A DNA stretch of 64,000 nt from Octopus vulgaris (Eukaryota). The translations under genes and the position numbers were made by a program. Below the pieces are notes generated by a model. That model saw nothing but the letters and a program-made list of their open reading frames with translations. It was not told the origin of the DNA and ran no database searches. Within the stretch, counting starts at the first letter, position 1, and each line of letters begins with the position of its first letter. Of this stretch, positions 28,201 to 43,220 are shown piece after piece. The stretch is taken from positions 41,478,001 through 41,542,000 of the forward strand of contig OX597823.1 in assembly GCA_951406725.2 (NCBI GenBank). Direction: 5' to 3'.

Positions 28201-28919
28201 CATAAATACCAGTATTACATTGTGGCAAACAAAGAACAGACTTTCCATGAAAGTTTGTGTGTGCATACCTCATCGTTGCATCATATGAAAGTTGTAAAAA
28301 GATGTCACTGTCATACAAGAGGATTTGTTCACTTGCAGTATTCCATGGGAAACATATGTGGTCATGGGAATATATTGCCTTGTTTGGAAAGAAGTTAGGA
28401 TTGGTGATAGGAAGGGCATTCATCTGCCAAAGAAAATCTGCCTCAACATATTTTGTCTACCCCGTGCAAACAGGGAAATGTGGATGTTAAAAACTACGAT
28501 GCTGGTGATGCATACACACACACACACACACACAGAGGTTAGTTAAAATATGTTTGCCACATATTTCAACTTCTAAAGGCAAATTTACTGTAGTTATCAT
28601 CGAGAAAAATTTCTCTCTTATGATAAAAGGTGCTAAAATCACCATATCTGTCTAGTGTTGCCCCTTCCTTACTGGATTCCCAGATACAGCATTTCTAGCT
28701 TTTTAACTGTTATCAATGGGAAATACTGAAGAGAAGTAACTCTGGGCAGATTTAAAGCTGTGGCTTTAACAAAAACACAGCCAACAACATTGATTGAGTT
28801 GTGCAATTAGAGTGCCAAGTCACAGGAAATTACAGCAGTATCAACACTGAGCAGTGTTTGGGCATAAATGAACTTTAGGTTAGTTGAAATACGTTTGTGA
28901 CATATTTCAACTTATATAT

Positions 28920-29432
<513 letters not shown>

Positions 29433-30011
29433 TATATATATATATTAACATGTATTATATATAGTAATGTTTTATAGATGGATTTTTGTGTTACTTCAGA
29501 ATAGTTTACATATAGCATTGAGTACTTATTCATCTAAATTTATGCCACTGATCCATTGAGGTTATTTACGTTAGCTCATTAAAATTTTTTTTACTAAACA
29601 ATCATTTTAATTAGCATAAAATTTTCTCTGCATCAACAAAACTCCAGTTGGAGTTGGCCATCACAAGTTTGTCATTTTGAAATCCAGCTTTGGTTTCCGT
29701 ATTTATCTTAGAACTTTGAGTAAAATAATGAAAATACAGTGTAGATAAATCAACACATTTGAAATTATTTCCAATGTCTGATGTGACATAAATAAATAAT
29801 TGATAAGCTATGTAAAACAACATGGCTTAACTTTACAGAAGAATAAAATATAGACATTTCTATATTTCATGATGGTGGAGTAGTTGATATTTCGCATGTT
29901 TACAAAGATTTATGCTTAACAGATACATATATATTGTATCATCATCATCATCATCATCATTTAGAGTCTGTTTTCTATACTAGCTTGGATTAGACAGTTT
30001 GAGTGGAACTA

Positions 30012-30337
30012 AAGAAGACTCCGCCGGTTACAACGACGAGGGTCCCAGCTGATACGATCAACGGAACAGCTTGCTCGTGAAATTAACGTGCAAATGGCTG
30101 AGCATTCCACAGACACGTGTACCCTTAACGTAGTTCTCGGGGATAATCAGTGTGACACAGAGAGTGACAAGGCTGACCCTTTGAAATACAAGTACAACTC
30201 ATTTTTGCCAGCTGAGTGGACTGGAGCAACGTGAAATAAAGTGTCTTGCTCAAGGACACAACGCGTCGCCGGGAATCGAACTCACAACCTTACGATCATG
30301 AGCCGAATGCCCTAACCACTAAGCCACGCACCCTCAC
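30012..30337 (-). mobile_element. Young tRNA-derived SINE (CORE-like central part) with perfect 13-bp TSD
   Basis: ttgagtggaacta at 29999-30011 and 30338-30350. Minus strand tggcttagtgg / gttcgattcc boxes and gtgtccttgagcaagacactt. CpG-rich. Decayed relatives at about 25435-25560, 39310-39400, 41150-41270 and 56550-56670. Confidence 0.85.
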
Positions 30338-31016
30338 TTGAGTGGAACTAGTAAGCTGGAGAGTTGCATCAAGCTCCAGTCTGTTTTGCCTTGGTTTCTA
30401 TGGTTTGTTACCCTTCCTAATGCCAACCACTCCACAGAATGTACTAAGTGCCTTTTACGTGCCACTGGCACCAGTAACTTCTACATGCCACCAGCACTGG
30501 CCATGACTACAATTTCATTTAGCTTGACGTATCTTTGCAAGTACAGCAAATTGCCAAAAGCCTCAGTCACATGTTATTGCCTCTGTGAGACTCAGTATCA
30601 AAAGATTGTATTTCACTACCTTGTCCTGTGTCTTCCTGGGTCTACCTCTTCCATAGGTTCCGTCCATAGTTAGAGATCAGTACTTTTTTATGCAGCTGTC
30701 CTCATCCATATATATATATATTATGAGTGTGTATGTGTATAATATGTGTATCCATTGATGGTTTATGTCTCCTTGTGTTGGCATTGTATGATAGTTATAA
30801 ACTAGTATCACTATCATAAAAGGGGTGTGGTTTATTTTCAGTCTTTCATGAAAACATGTCTGGTCATGAAAAGGCATTACTTTGCTGAGATTGAAATGAG
30901 TGTTGGCCACAGAACAGGCTTCCTGCTGTAGAAAATATGTTTTAACAAATTCCATCCATCTAACCTAAACCTGTATGGAAAAGTGAATGTTAAAATGATG
31001 TTGATACTGATGATGA

Positions 31017-31075
<59 letters not shown>

Positions 31076-33608
31076 GAAGGATTTAAAATATATAACATTT
31101 AAGTTTTATGTGTGGTTGATAAAATTAATGTGTATAGTTGTGTAAGGAAAATAAACTGTACACTTGAAAAATAATGTCAGTTTAACGATACATGGCAACA
31201 ACTTGTTTAATGAAATCTCTTCTGTATCTATATGTTATAGCTTTTAAAATAAATGTTATCTCTTGGTTGTTTTATTGATGATTAAAACACTGACTGAAAC
31301 TACTACAATTAAAACACATAAACTCTCAGATAAACATTTAAAGTTGAAATACTATCTCCAGGATTAATTTTGCTTCAATCTTATGTTTAATTGACATAGA
31401 GTGCATGAACACATTTTAAAACTGTCGTGCTGCTTTTCATTTCAGTAAAATTATGTATAAATTTATCCACACCAGTGTGAGCTCAAATTGTCTTCTCATT
31501 TAAGCAATCAACTCTATAGTGAATCATCTTTTCTTTCAATATATTCCATTTGATGCGCCAATCATTTTTATAAGAATATAACTAATGCCTGATTGCAATG
31601 TTTCTTCTGATACTAGGTACTCTGAGTTCCAATCCTATTGAGTTTATCTTTGCCATTCATCTCTTTGTGCTTGATAAAGCAAGTATCACTCTAAGTGGCA
31701 TTAGGAAGGGTATCAAACCATAGAAATGTAGGAATGTAACAAAGTCTTGTGAAATTTGTTCCAGCTCAAATCTTTCTACAGCATGTATGTTGGTAAACTT
31801 AATCCAACCCTTGTTTTAACAACACCATCTGGCACCTTTTGTGCCTTAAGCAGAATCTATTTCATTACATCATCCAGGTTAAGTTTTCAGTTTAAGGATA
31901 CCTTCATTCCACTTAGCTTCCCACAAGTTTCAGAGGCCCTATGAAGGGTCAAGTGTGTTGCCATTTTTAATGACTAAAAAGATATAAGAAAGCATAGAAT
32001 AGGATAGGTGAAGAAGGCATAGGGTTCTGAAGTTCTATAATTCAACTTCTCCATTATTGGTGCCATGGAAAAAGTATCCAGTACACTTTATAGATTGGCT
32101 AATGGTAGGAAGGGTATCTAACCATAGAAACCAAACCAAAAGACAGGTGTGAGCACCAGTCTGTAGAAGCACCAGCACCTAATAATAAATAGTTTGGACC
32201 AGGGTGATCAATCCAGCCCGTACCAGTTTGGAAAGTGAACATAAAAATGGTGGTGATGAAAATGACAATAATGATAAAGACAGTGATAATAGTGATGAGG
32301 AGGAGGAGGGGGATGATGACGATGATGATGACAATGATGATGACAATGATGATGACAATGACTGCTTTTGTAGTGACACACATGACCAATGTAGCACAGT
32401 AGTGCTTCAATCATTCTTATGCCCTGCAACTATTTTGAAAAAATTTGTAATTTTGTTTCCAAATTCTGCCATGAAATTTTGTGTAGTTTCAGTTTTCTTC
32501 TTCTAAAGAGATGACATCAATTCATTAAAATTCTTGATTTTATTTGAGTTTATTTTATAATGCTAACATTCATCATTGTTATCCTCCTCATCATCATTTA
32601 ACATCACTTTTCCAAACTTGCAAGGGTTGGACAGAGTTTATTCGAGGCAGATTTTCTACAGTTGGATACCTTTTCTGTTGCCAACACTCTCCTGCTTCCA
32701 AGCAAGGTAATATATATCCCCATGGCCAGACAATGCTCTTACAGGATATTTGGATTGAATGACACTGCTTTTATGACAGTGACAAACATATATAGTGATC
32801 ACGTTGTGTCAAAACAAGGACACACACTTGGTGGGCCTCTTACACTTCTCACCTACTAAATCCTCTTCCAAGGCTTTGTGAGTAGAAGTCACTTGCCCAA
32901 GCTGCCATTCAATGGGGCTGAACCTGAAACCATGTGGTTGGGAATCAAACTTCATACCACATAGCCACATCAGTTTAAATATTTTTTTATAATGCAAACT
33001 TATCAGCTTGAATAATAGTTCTTATGGACACTTAGATTCATTATCATACAATTTTTCATTCAAGCCTACCATAAATGCTAGTTACTTCATTATAAACTTC
33101 TTAGAGAGAAATTCTTCATTGATACTTCAGTTTCCTTTTAGTTTGAAGTTAGTATGTTAGTTTATTGTCTTTGCCTCAGGTTCCATGAGATATGATAAGT
33201 TTAACTAATTTGAAAATCTTGCAATTGCTATAAAATACTAATTGGATAAAACAAAAACACTCAAGTTGAGTTCTGCCTACAGTGATATTGAGTTGGTTTG
33301 TGGTTAATCTGTCAATATTTGTGGGAGAATAAACATATGCTGTGGGGAAGGCTGGGTGTAGTAAATTGTGTTGGTGGCAATCTCTCCAGTGAGTTCATCG
33401 AGTATTATGGTTGTATTTATACACACAGACAAGCACACCCACATGTACACACACATGCACACATACACATACATGTGCACTCACAAACATACATACACAC
33501 ACAAGCACATACACAAATGTTAAATTAAGTTGATTATTTTCAAGAATAACAACAGAATATTTACTGAGTTGACAACACAATAATAAAAACAGAGTTCTAG
33601 TCAGCTTG

Positions 33609-33673
<65 letters not shown>

Positions 33674-33799
33674 AATAGATAGATAGAGAGAGAGCTCTAT
33701 CAACATGGCTGTGTGGTTAAAAAATTTGTCTTGAAACTACATGGTTTCCAGTGATATTATAGAGAGAGAGGCAACTATAGACGCATAAAATTGATGGAC

Positions 33800-35100
33800 T
33801 AGGTTATGAAAGTTACTGAATGAGTTATGAGTACAGTACAGATTATTAAATGGTGATTTATCCAAGACCAGAAAAAGCTCTGCAAATATTCCAGGATGAT
33901 GTATTATCAACATCCTCTTCTTAGTACAAAAACTACAGAAGTACTTAACTTGGAGAAATCTACTCTACCTAACTCTTGTTCACTTTGACTAGGTCTCTTA
34001 CTTTGTAGTCTGCTGGTCACTAAGTAATTGGAATACAAGAACGGCTTTTGCCAGCCATGTATGCCATGCTAAGGAGTGCCATCACCAAGATAAGAGTTAA
34101 GAGAAAAATTTAGTGTACTGATTGGTGTACATCATGGTTCAGTTCTCAGCTTCCTTCTGTTCATTGTTGTTCTCCAGGTTATAATCGAAGAGTTTCAGAC
34201 TTTTAGTCAGTGGGATCTCCTGTATGCTGGTGACCTAGAGAATTGGTTGAAGATTTAAAGAAGTAATTCCAAACTTGGAAATGAAACCTTGAATCAAGAG
34301 ACCTAAATCTAACAAAAACCAAAGTTTTAGTTATTTAACAGAAAAAGAGACATGACCATGGTCCCATGGGGGAAATTGGTCTTGTTCAGTATACAGAAAA
34401 AGTTTAGGTAGTATTTTTATATAGTGTATGCTTGTTAAACTATGGATGCATGAGAGGTGTAGTGATATCAGAGTCAGGCTTACAGAGAAGGTAAGTGTCA
34501 TATATAGGATATGTTTAAGGATTGGAGTTAGCAGTTAGAAGACACATGTCAGATAAATTTGTTTTAATGCTCTGAAGGTTTCCCACAAGTAACTTATAAA
34601 GACCTAATTTACTGTGAAGGTGGATGTTCTGAAAGTACTGACACTCGAGTAAGAATGGAGTATTTATGTTGGCAACAAAAGGTTTCTCAGAGTGAAGGAT
34701 ATGTTGTAGAATAACTTTATACAAAGTATGATGTAACACCATAGGAATACGTGAATGCTTTTGACAGATGATTTGTGAAGTTTAGAAAGAAACGAAGAAG
34801 GCACGCTCCACTGGATGTATAATGGAAGTGTGTATGACTAACAAAGCACAAATGAGAGAAGAAAAAAATTGGATGTAAGAGTAATTGGATTTATTGTGCC
34901 AAAGTGATTATAAAGAGGAACTGAGCACCATTAACAGATGGAATCTCTGGAAGAGAGAGATCAAGGAAAACAGGGAGCAAAATGGTAAAGACTGATCTCA
35001 AGCCACTGAACATCATAAAGGAGATGAATAGAATCACATTGCATGTGGTAACACACAGTGTTGGAGAGAACCTGCCCAAACCAAACAAGCATAGATAAAT
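33800..35100 (-). mobile_element. Heavily eroded LINE-like remnant (clade uncertain)
   Basis: More balanced composition than the flanks. Weak residual RT-like segment (SLPEIPSVNGAQFLFI compared with GVPQGSVLGPxLFxI). Confidence 0.3.
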
Positions 35101-37518
35101 GGATGTAACAATTTTGATGTGTGAGCTAATGGAGATTGGGAAGTATATCTACATTTGGATCTCATATACCACTGTCTTTACTCTCTTAATTATTCTCTCT
35201 CCCATAAATATGCCTCTCTGTATGGTTCACTACTCTGTATGGTTTTACTAAAAACAGGTATAGCATCATACTGGACCAGTCCCATATCATCAAATCCTCT
35301 TCATTGCTTCCCCTTATTCTCTCTTACTACCCTCCTTTTACTCCCTCCCCATCACTCATTAATAACAAGTCACTCCCACTTTCTTACCCTTACCTATCTT
35401 CTTTGCTCACCATCATCCACTCTCTCACATCACACCCTCCTCTATAACTCATTGTTCACCTCCATTTCTCTCTCTCTCTCATTACATTCTCATTCCAACA
35501 TTCTTACTTTCAACCTTTCCTGTTTCACTCTTTTTATACTCTTCTCATCCTGTTTATCTTTAATCTTTTTACTAACAATCATAATATAGCTCTCTCACCA
35601 ACTATCTCTCTCTGTCTCTCTCTGTCTCTCATACTCTTCTGTATCACTCTTTCTTTCCTGTTACTCTATTCCATTAATCATTCTTCTGTTTACCTCTCAC
35701 TCTAGTCTTCTTTCATCATTCTCTCTTCCATCAGCTGGGAATAATACACTCTGTTGTGTAGGAGGATAAATGGAGACAATGTAAAGAGGTTTCTTTTCCT
35801 TTGCCAAGGAAAAGGCAACCTATCTAATGCTGGTGCCATAATAAAATATACCCAGCAGTACACTCTGTAAAGTGGTTGATGATAGGAATAACCTTTAGCT
35901 GTAACAGAAACTGAAATGCTGTGCCAAAAATGAAACATACATGTAAGACATGGTTCTTGAAATATTGAGGAGGACAAAAGTTCCATTTGTGAACTTGGAC
36001 TACAATGATACATTCAACCCATGCCATTATAGAAAAGTGAAACTAACATTAATTCTGATGTTTCTGATGATGATCGTGGTGAGGAGGAAGATGATGATGA
36101 TAACACCACTAATGATTATGATGTTGATGGCATTGATGCTGACACTGGTATCAGTGACACTGTTGCTGATGTCATCACTGCTGCCTCTGTCACTGCTGCT
36201 GCCATCAACGTCATTGCTGTTGCTGCTAATACTGTTGTGGTTGCTAACAACAACAATAATAGTGATATTCTTATGGCAAGAAAAAAATTTGGTAGTTTTT
36301 TGCATTTTTACAGTAAATACAAAAATCATTTATTATTTATTACTATTATTTTATGTGGATCACTATCCTTTCTAAAAGTAGAATAAATGCTTTTCTAAAT
36401 CAAGAAACCAAGATCTGGGTATTTGAAGTGTGCAGATTCAGCTATATAGATTTTTGCCAATTTGTAAATTATAAATCTTCTCAAAAAAAAAAAAAAAAAA
36501 ATTTCCAGTAAGTCAAAAGAAAAAAATAAATGGATAAAAAAGAATAAATATTGTACTTTCTTGTGAATCTACTATCATATTCATATAACTAGACATAATC
36601 TAGCATATCTGGTTAAAATTTAATCTTTCCTTGTGTAGAAATAGGACCAAAACATAAACATATATGACTTCTCTTTCTTTCTCTATATCTCTCTCTGTCT
36701 CTTTCTTTCTTTCTTTCTCCCTCCTTGTTTTTCCTCTCTCAGTGGAGCTTAGGCTGCTGAATTGAATAAATGGCAATGCGCACTATGAGTAGCATATGAC
36801 ATATCTAAATATAAACACACACAGATGTATATTGCATCATGAATAACATGTGACATGTGTATGTATGTATATGTGTGTGTATATGTGTGTGTGTGTATAT
36901 ATTATATACCTGTAATATATGTATATAAATATAAATATATATTTATGCAGTTACACACATACAAACATCAATGCTTACAATGTAAAAAAACCATTGACAT
37001 ACTGTTGATGAAACATAAAGGTATATCTTGTCTTTAATGTGAAACCAGTGAATTAAATAGCTCCTAAATGGCACTAACTGTCTCAGTTCTTTTCTTTTTA
37101 TTTCTTACTTTTTAAGCTTTTTTTTAAATCTTAGTATATCATTTAAATTTATGGTTTGTAAATGTTTTCATAAATCTATAAATTCTGACAATTCCTTTTT
37201 CTTTCTGTTTGTCTGTCTCCCCACCTCCCCCCTCTCTCTCTCTCTCTCACTCTCTACATGTACCCAGACATAAATTTCATGTATGTGTATAAATTTTAAG
37301 AGATTTTCAAAAGTATAAAAAATACAAACATCCATCTATTTTGTACCTCTGAGAATGCACAATACATAAAGTACATAGATCTGTTATCTGTATGTATAAA
37401 CTCACATTTACACACACACACTTTGTGTGTATTTAATTATATATTTACTTGTTTATCTTTCTTTATTCTTAATCACAATTTTTTTAAATATTTTTTTTTC
37501 AATCTTTTTCTTAAACAG

Positions 37519-37659
37519 CCAATGATAAACAATGTCCTCGAAAGGAAAATGTCCTCAGCCGAGATTGCCTTAAAAGATGTTCAACAGACGATGATTGTGT
37601 GAGCAAAAAGAAAAAATGTCTATGCGACGGTGTCTGTGGAATGAGTTGCATTAACAAAA
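37519..37659 (+). CDS. lev-9: Internal coding exon: WAP/four-disulfide-core domain of a LEV-9-like secreted protein (NDKQCPRKENVLSRDCLKRCSTDDDCVSKKKKCLCDGVCGMSCINK)
   Basis: Polypyrimidine tract plus ttaaacAG acceptor (37517-37518) and GTAAGC donor (37660). The exon is 141 nt, open, phase 1 at both ends, with 8 Cys in WAP spacing. The C-L-C-D-G-x-C-G-M-S-C variant (instead of the usual CC) is what I recognise from LEV-9-family WAP+sushi proteins. The orthology call is from recall. Confidence 0.85.
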
Positions 37660-39775
37660 GTAAGCATTTCTTTTCTATTTTCCACAAGAAATAATTATTT
37701 GCTAATTGTCTGTTATATATTTTTCCTTTAGCCAATTATCAGAGTGCAAAACAATCGTTGTTAACCCATTAATGAAGGAACTTCACCTTTCTAAACACCT
37801 CCGAACTCATTAAACCCATTTCCTCTTAATCTTTCCTCAATTTCTTTCACCTAATCTTTTCTAAAAAAAGTTCAGATAACTTAATTTAAATTGAGCCAAT
37901 GGTATTACTCAGCTTGTCAGAAGTATTAGTTGCATCTCTTTTAAATCATATGAAAATATCTTTTAGAGGAAAAAATGTACTCCTACAAAAATGTGGTTCT
38001 AGACACACTATGTTTGCAATGAGAGACAAAATGGTCATTATTAGAAAATTTATGACTATTGGCTATTTGATCTGTATATGGTTTGTAAGGCAGTATTTTT
38101 ATCTTCTTGAAGCAGTCACAACCAAAATATGTTTCTCAATACTGCACCAGGAATCTTTGTTCCTCATTTGTTTTCGTAATTCTTCAGTTTCATGTGTGCT
38201 TTTACCAGTAGTATCAATGTAGCTGAATGGTCTTCACCCTCTGCTACGAAAGAAAGGTCTCCAAAATATATCATCTGATATAGTCTGTTGTTTAACAACA
38301 ATGGTCAGTGAAGCAACGGCCAGTGCATAAACAGTAGTAGAGATATATCTGCTTTAGTGTTAGGAATAAAGTGTTAAGCTGCAGTTGTCTAGCATCATAT
38401 CCAGGAGGTAATATATTTATCACCCTAACTGTAGGGTTTAGTTTAACTAGGTAGCAGCTAAATGCCTGTTTGTTAACTATTTGAAGATTTCTTGTTGCTT
38501 TTGATTCATGCAAAAGAAAAGTTTGACTTATTAAAGAATATATTAAAAATATCAATATAAATATTTCTTATATGAAACTAAAGCTCATATTTCCTATTTT
38601 AGAAAAAAACCAAACAAGCACATTGAATAAATGCTATAGTCTTGTTTTGATAATCTTATGGAATATATTTGCCAAAATTGCTTATATGCTATTATGCATA
38701 TCAGATTACCATTTTAGAATTTAGGATTATGATGATTTGTTCTTTTAAATCTGTAGACTTGATTCTTATTTAATTTTATAAAATATAACATTTAACTGAG
38801 TTTTCTCTTATTACCAGTAATAAAAAAAATAGTATTTTGTGGATTACATAATATTTGGAAAATGTTTGATAATCTTTTGTGCTCTCATAACAATTAAAAA
38901 AAAGAGATTTTATATTGCTGTTACCAGAGGATTTTGTGTGTCGTTTTCCTTTCTATTTCTGTCTTTAATGAGCCAATATCAATTAGTGGCTAAAGACTAT
39001 ATTACTGACCTAAAATCATGGTATTCATTTATGACAATATTTATTTCACTGTCAGCTCATGCAACAATAGATGCTCATTCCTACTTCAGGGTTGATGTTT
39101 ATTCATTTTTAATTTATTATTATTTTAAGAGAGTGTCTGGTTTTAAAACAATGTCTTCTAATAGGGCATCAATGTAGTAAACTTTATTATGCTTTCTAAA
39201 TCAATAGAACATTATCAAATTTGCAAGCTGAAAGTAACATCCTGACATTGAAAAGTGATGTAAACATGCTTCAAATTAAACACACACACTGCTTCCTACT
39301 AATGTCTTAAGAACTTGGATTCAATTCTTGTGCCAGATGCTTCAATATATCCTTGAGCAAGGCACTTCATATCACTTCACTCCAGTCAGCTGAAATTCAG
39401 TACTAGTGTAACCCCTTCCTTCTCTCCAGCTGTTACAGTCTTGATATTCTAGTGGGCCAATTGTGGGAAGCTGAACGAGAGTCTGTGTCTGCCCATAAAA
39501 CAATTAGTGAAAGTATGGGATTTACTACCAAAGCATACTCACTTAGGAATAATGGCTTTGCTTTAACCCATGGTTCTTTGGAAATACAAGTAATTTCCAC
39601 CCAGTCTAAGCACTGCTTTAGAAGTTTAGCTGTGTGATATAGATGAATATCTCACTTAGCTAGTAAAGAAAATTACATTGGATTAAAACTTGTTAAAATT
39701 CAAGACAATAGAAAATGAATGAAATACAGAAGTGAAAAACAGATCAACGTCAGTTTAAATTTTACCTTGTATTTC

Positions 39776-39975
39776 TTCTGATATTTCAGGTTTAGTAACT
39801 CTTCATCAGGACACATGAAAAAAATGGAAACTGTTATCGTTATACAAATATGTGAAAGAAGGTAGTGACAATGTGCAAACTGGTGTTGTTATAATAACCA
39901 CTCTGCCTTGTGTAGCTTTTGTCTATTGTTTAATGAAGGTTTAAGCATATTAATTAATACCTCTTTGATTTTCGA
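39776..39975 (-). mobile_element. Old Penelope-like element 3' end (GIY-YIG C-terminus-like peptide plus hammerhead core)
   Basis: Minus strand KIKEVLINMLKPSLN (39972-39928), then about 120 nt later CUGAUGA...GAAAUAUC (39809-39780). Confidence 0.5.
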
Positions 39976-42799
39976 CAAGAACTATACAATACCAATCTGT
40001 CAGTAAATTCTCCCACATATCTAAACAATGTTAACAGTTTATAACACTTTGCATTGTTTGGCATTTTAAGAAGTTTTAACCTAGAGGGAAAACTACTGCT
40101 GGTAGTTGTTAAACAATTTTGCTATGTGTATAGCATGATCAGATGAGATTCAGATCTCTATCACAATGATTTCTAAATGATTTATTTAGTTGTTTATATT
40201 GATTAAGACAAAAGACTTTGTAAGGACATTGTGCAAATTGAGTCAATTAGTAGAACTATGGTAACATACAAGATATTCTAAAATTAAGCTTGAGATTATA
40301 TTAGTTTCTTGGAATGGCACAAACTCTTCCTTTATTGCAGAAATGTAAATAGTAATTAGATTGTAATTAGTAAAAAGATTGGTATACATATAACCTAACG
40401 AGATATTAATTCACTCTGGCTTCATCGCATAAACACGCAATACAATTTTACATTGTTTTCAGCAAACATTGCATCAGTTTTGGCTCCAAATACACATTGT
40501 AATAGTTACAATAGTTTGGAATTATGTGATTAATATATTAACTGAATAACAATTGAATTAATTGTCTTTCTCGTTTATGAACTATATTTATCCATTTTAA
40601 TAATATGGTTATGGGGAAGAAAATGAAAGAAATGTTTAACGAGGTCCAGTTATTAAGTCTGTAAAATAAAATAAAATTATTAAACTTCTACATTTTAATC
40701 AGTAGAATGTAATTAATTTCTATTTATTTTTGCCTCAGCATTTATTGAAATTGTTGCCAAACATTCTCTCTTTGGACTCATTTATGCCTTGTTTTCTTTA
40801 TTGATAAAGTCTATGAAGTATTTACATCTTACTTTTATTTGACCATTTCCTGGATATATCCCAATTTGTTATAACTATTTTAATTATATTAAAGCTAATA
40901 TAGAAAGTCCTAAGGAAGGTAGTTAGTATATCACTGGTCACAGTTAAAATGCTGCTACCTTGAAGTTGTTCAAAATGATAATATTAATAGGGATCTATAA
41001 TCTATTTTTAAAAGAGGAAATGGATAAAGATAGGATCTAGCAGTCCACTGCTTGACATGTCCCTTTTCATATCTGAGAGGTTTTTGGTCTACCACTGACC
41101 CTTTAGCACTGCTGTGCTAACATGATATTGACCAGGTGCTCTGGCCACCTTAATACTACTGGAAAAATCTGAAGTTAAGTGATTTTCCTATAAAACATGT
41201 GCACCTACTAGACCAGGAATTGAACCCATGAGCTTATGATGTTGAACATTGTTACCTAACCATTTGATCACATGTCTTCTCTAGTCTGTCAAGGCTTGTC
41301 CAAACAATTGTCATGACATTATTGTTTGCACCAACACCATTTGTATGATTAAGTGTTACTGAGTTTGTTTGGCCCATTTAATGTACTGAGGATGTCTGCT
41401 AACAAGGGAAGGTAACTACATTTTACATTTCTTCATCATGCTGTACTCAACTGTGCTAAGATCTTAAATTCCATCTGCTAATGGGACTCTTGTTTTGAGT
41501 TCCAGCATTTTAAAGAGTGTAGAACTCTTAGCCACTGTTGCTACTAGGACTACTCTGACCCAGAATAGTCGCACTGTCAGGGTCCCAGCTATAGGTTAAT
41601 TAGCATATCATGGAATTGCCTCAGGAAGAAGGTCACTCACAGACACCCCCAATGGGCTCAGGGAAGGTGAGGCTCTTCAGCTATTTAGCTACTCTTTTAA
41701 GGATTTATATACAAAATAATTCCATACAAATCCTGTACCCTGATAACTACTGAGCTCATGGTACTTATTGCACCAGACTAATATGGTTATATATTACCTT
41801 ATGGGGTAATTTTATTGAGTGTTTAGGAAAAGGGCTAATGGAATAAACTCCAGCAGGAGATCCAGAGGAAAGTACCCTAGGGCAGATATGTACAGCTATA
41901 TCTGGAACAACTTGCAGCTCTATCTTCCCTTCAAAGCATAATACAATATGAGTAGAGAGACAATAAGTGTACTTGGGATTAGGTATTGTTTTCTGGAAAC
42001 AGCCCAAGCATAGCAGAGGTAATTAAGTTACTGTCTTTGCAATTCTACTAACCAATGACAAAACAAGGCAAGGCAAGCCATTCATGTGCTATAGAAGCAC
42101 TAGTCCCATTTCCTTACATAACCTATGCCATGAAGACCTTTAATAAAAATTCTGAGTTGATAGAAAGGTTGCCATAACATCATATTAGGAAAGTAAAAGC
42201 AGGTGAAAAACACTAATTATCAGTTTTGAGTACATGACTTATGTAAGAAAAACGATAATTATTACCTGTAAGTGTTATTTTCACAGTAATTCATTAATTT
42301 TTGCTAGAAATCAGAAAAATATTAATTTTACAATTAACAATATGCTAATAAGAATATGACATCAGATTTCCTCATTCTTAATTAACTTTCAGTTCGAATA
42401 GCTGTGAATATCAATTTTGAAAATTTACACATCAAATTGATTTTGATTTGATGTTAAAATTTTAAGTCAGGGAATTTTTTTGCATGACTCTTTACATGAT
42501 CAGCCAAATCACACCTGATGATCTAACAAAAGCATTGTTGAATATGCAATCCTAGTTACACAAAGCTTGAATAAACTGATAGAAAGGTCAAAGTTGGAAT
42601 TCCTTTGATCATAGGTCTATTCAGTCAGGACCAATTTGGGAAGAAACTAACATCCCAAAGCCTTCTGTTTCCACAAAATCATTGAGCCATTCATTAAAGA
42701 TAAATTTACCAATCTTGACAGAATAGATCTAAAGATAAATCCATCTTAGGATATAGAATTTTCCAGTCTACTCATAGTTAGCACAAGTGTGTGTGTGAG

Positions 42800-43220
42800 G
42801 CATATGTGGAGCTATGTGGTTGAGAAACATGCTTCCCAACTATATGGTCTCAAGTTCAATCCCTCTGTAAAACAGCTTAGATAAGTGTCTTCTACTATAG
42901 CCCCAGGCTGACCAAAACTTTGTGTGTGAGTTTGATTGATGGAAACTATGTGGAAGACCATCATGTCTATGTATATATATATATGTGTGTGTGTGTATGT
43001 GTGTCTGTGTTATTGTTTGTATTTGACCCCCACCACTGCTTGACAACCAGCGTTAGTTTGTTTACATCCTCACAACTTAGCAATTCAGCAAAAGAGACAA
43101 ATAAAATAAGTACCAGGCTTAATAAAAAAAATAAGTACTGGAGTACATTTGTTTGACTAAACCCATCAAGGCAGTACTCTATCATGGCTGCATTCTCATG
43201 ACTGAAACAAATAAGAGAAA
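42800..43220 (+). mobile_element. SINE family A
   Basis: Head, internal microsatellite and atgactgaaacaaataagag tail. Confidence 0.75.

Noticed and set aside
32204-32506. Acidic D/E/N-rich ORF (and the poly-H/poly-S frames)
   Set aside because: Expanded (GAT)n tail of a family C element; no splice or domain support.
35950-36375. 141-aa hydrophobic ORF resembling a membrane protein
   Set aside because: Decayed (GAT/GCT/GTT)n tail following a family C copy.
39791-39861. Possible exon after tttcAG downstream of the WAP exon
   Set aside because: In-frame TGA in the phase required to continue the WAP exon; the region is better explained as an antisense Penelope-like remnant.
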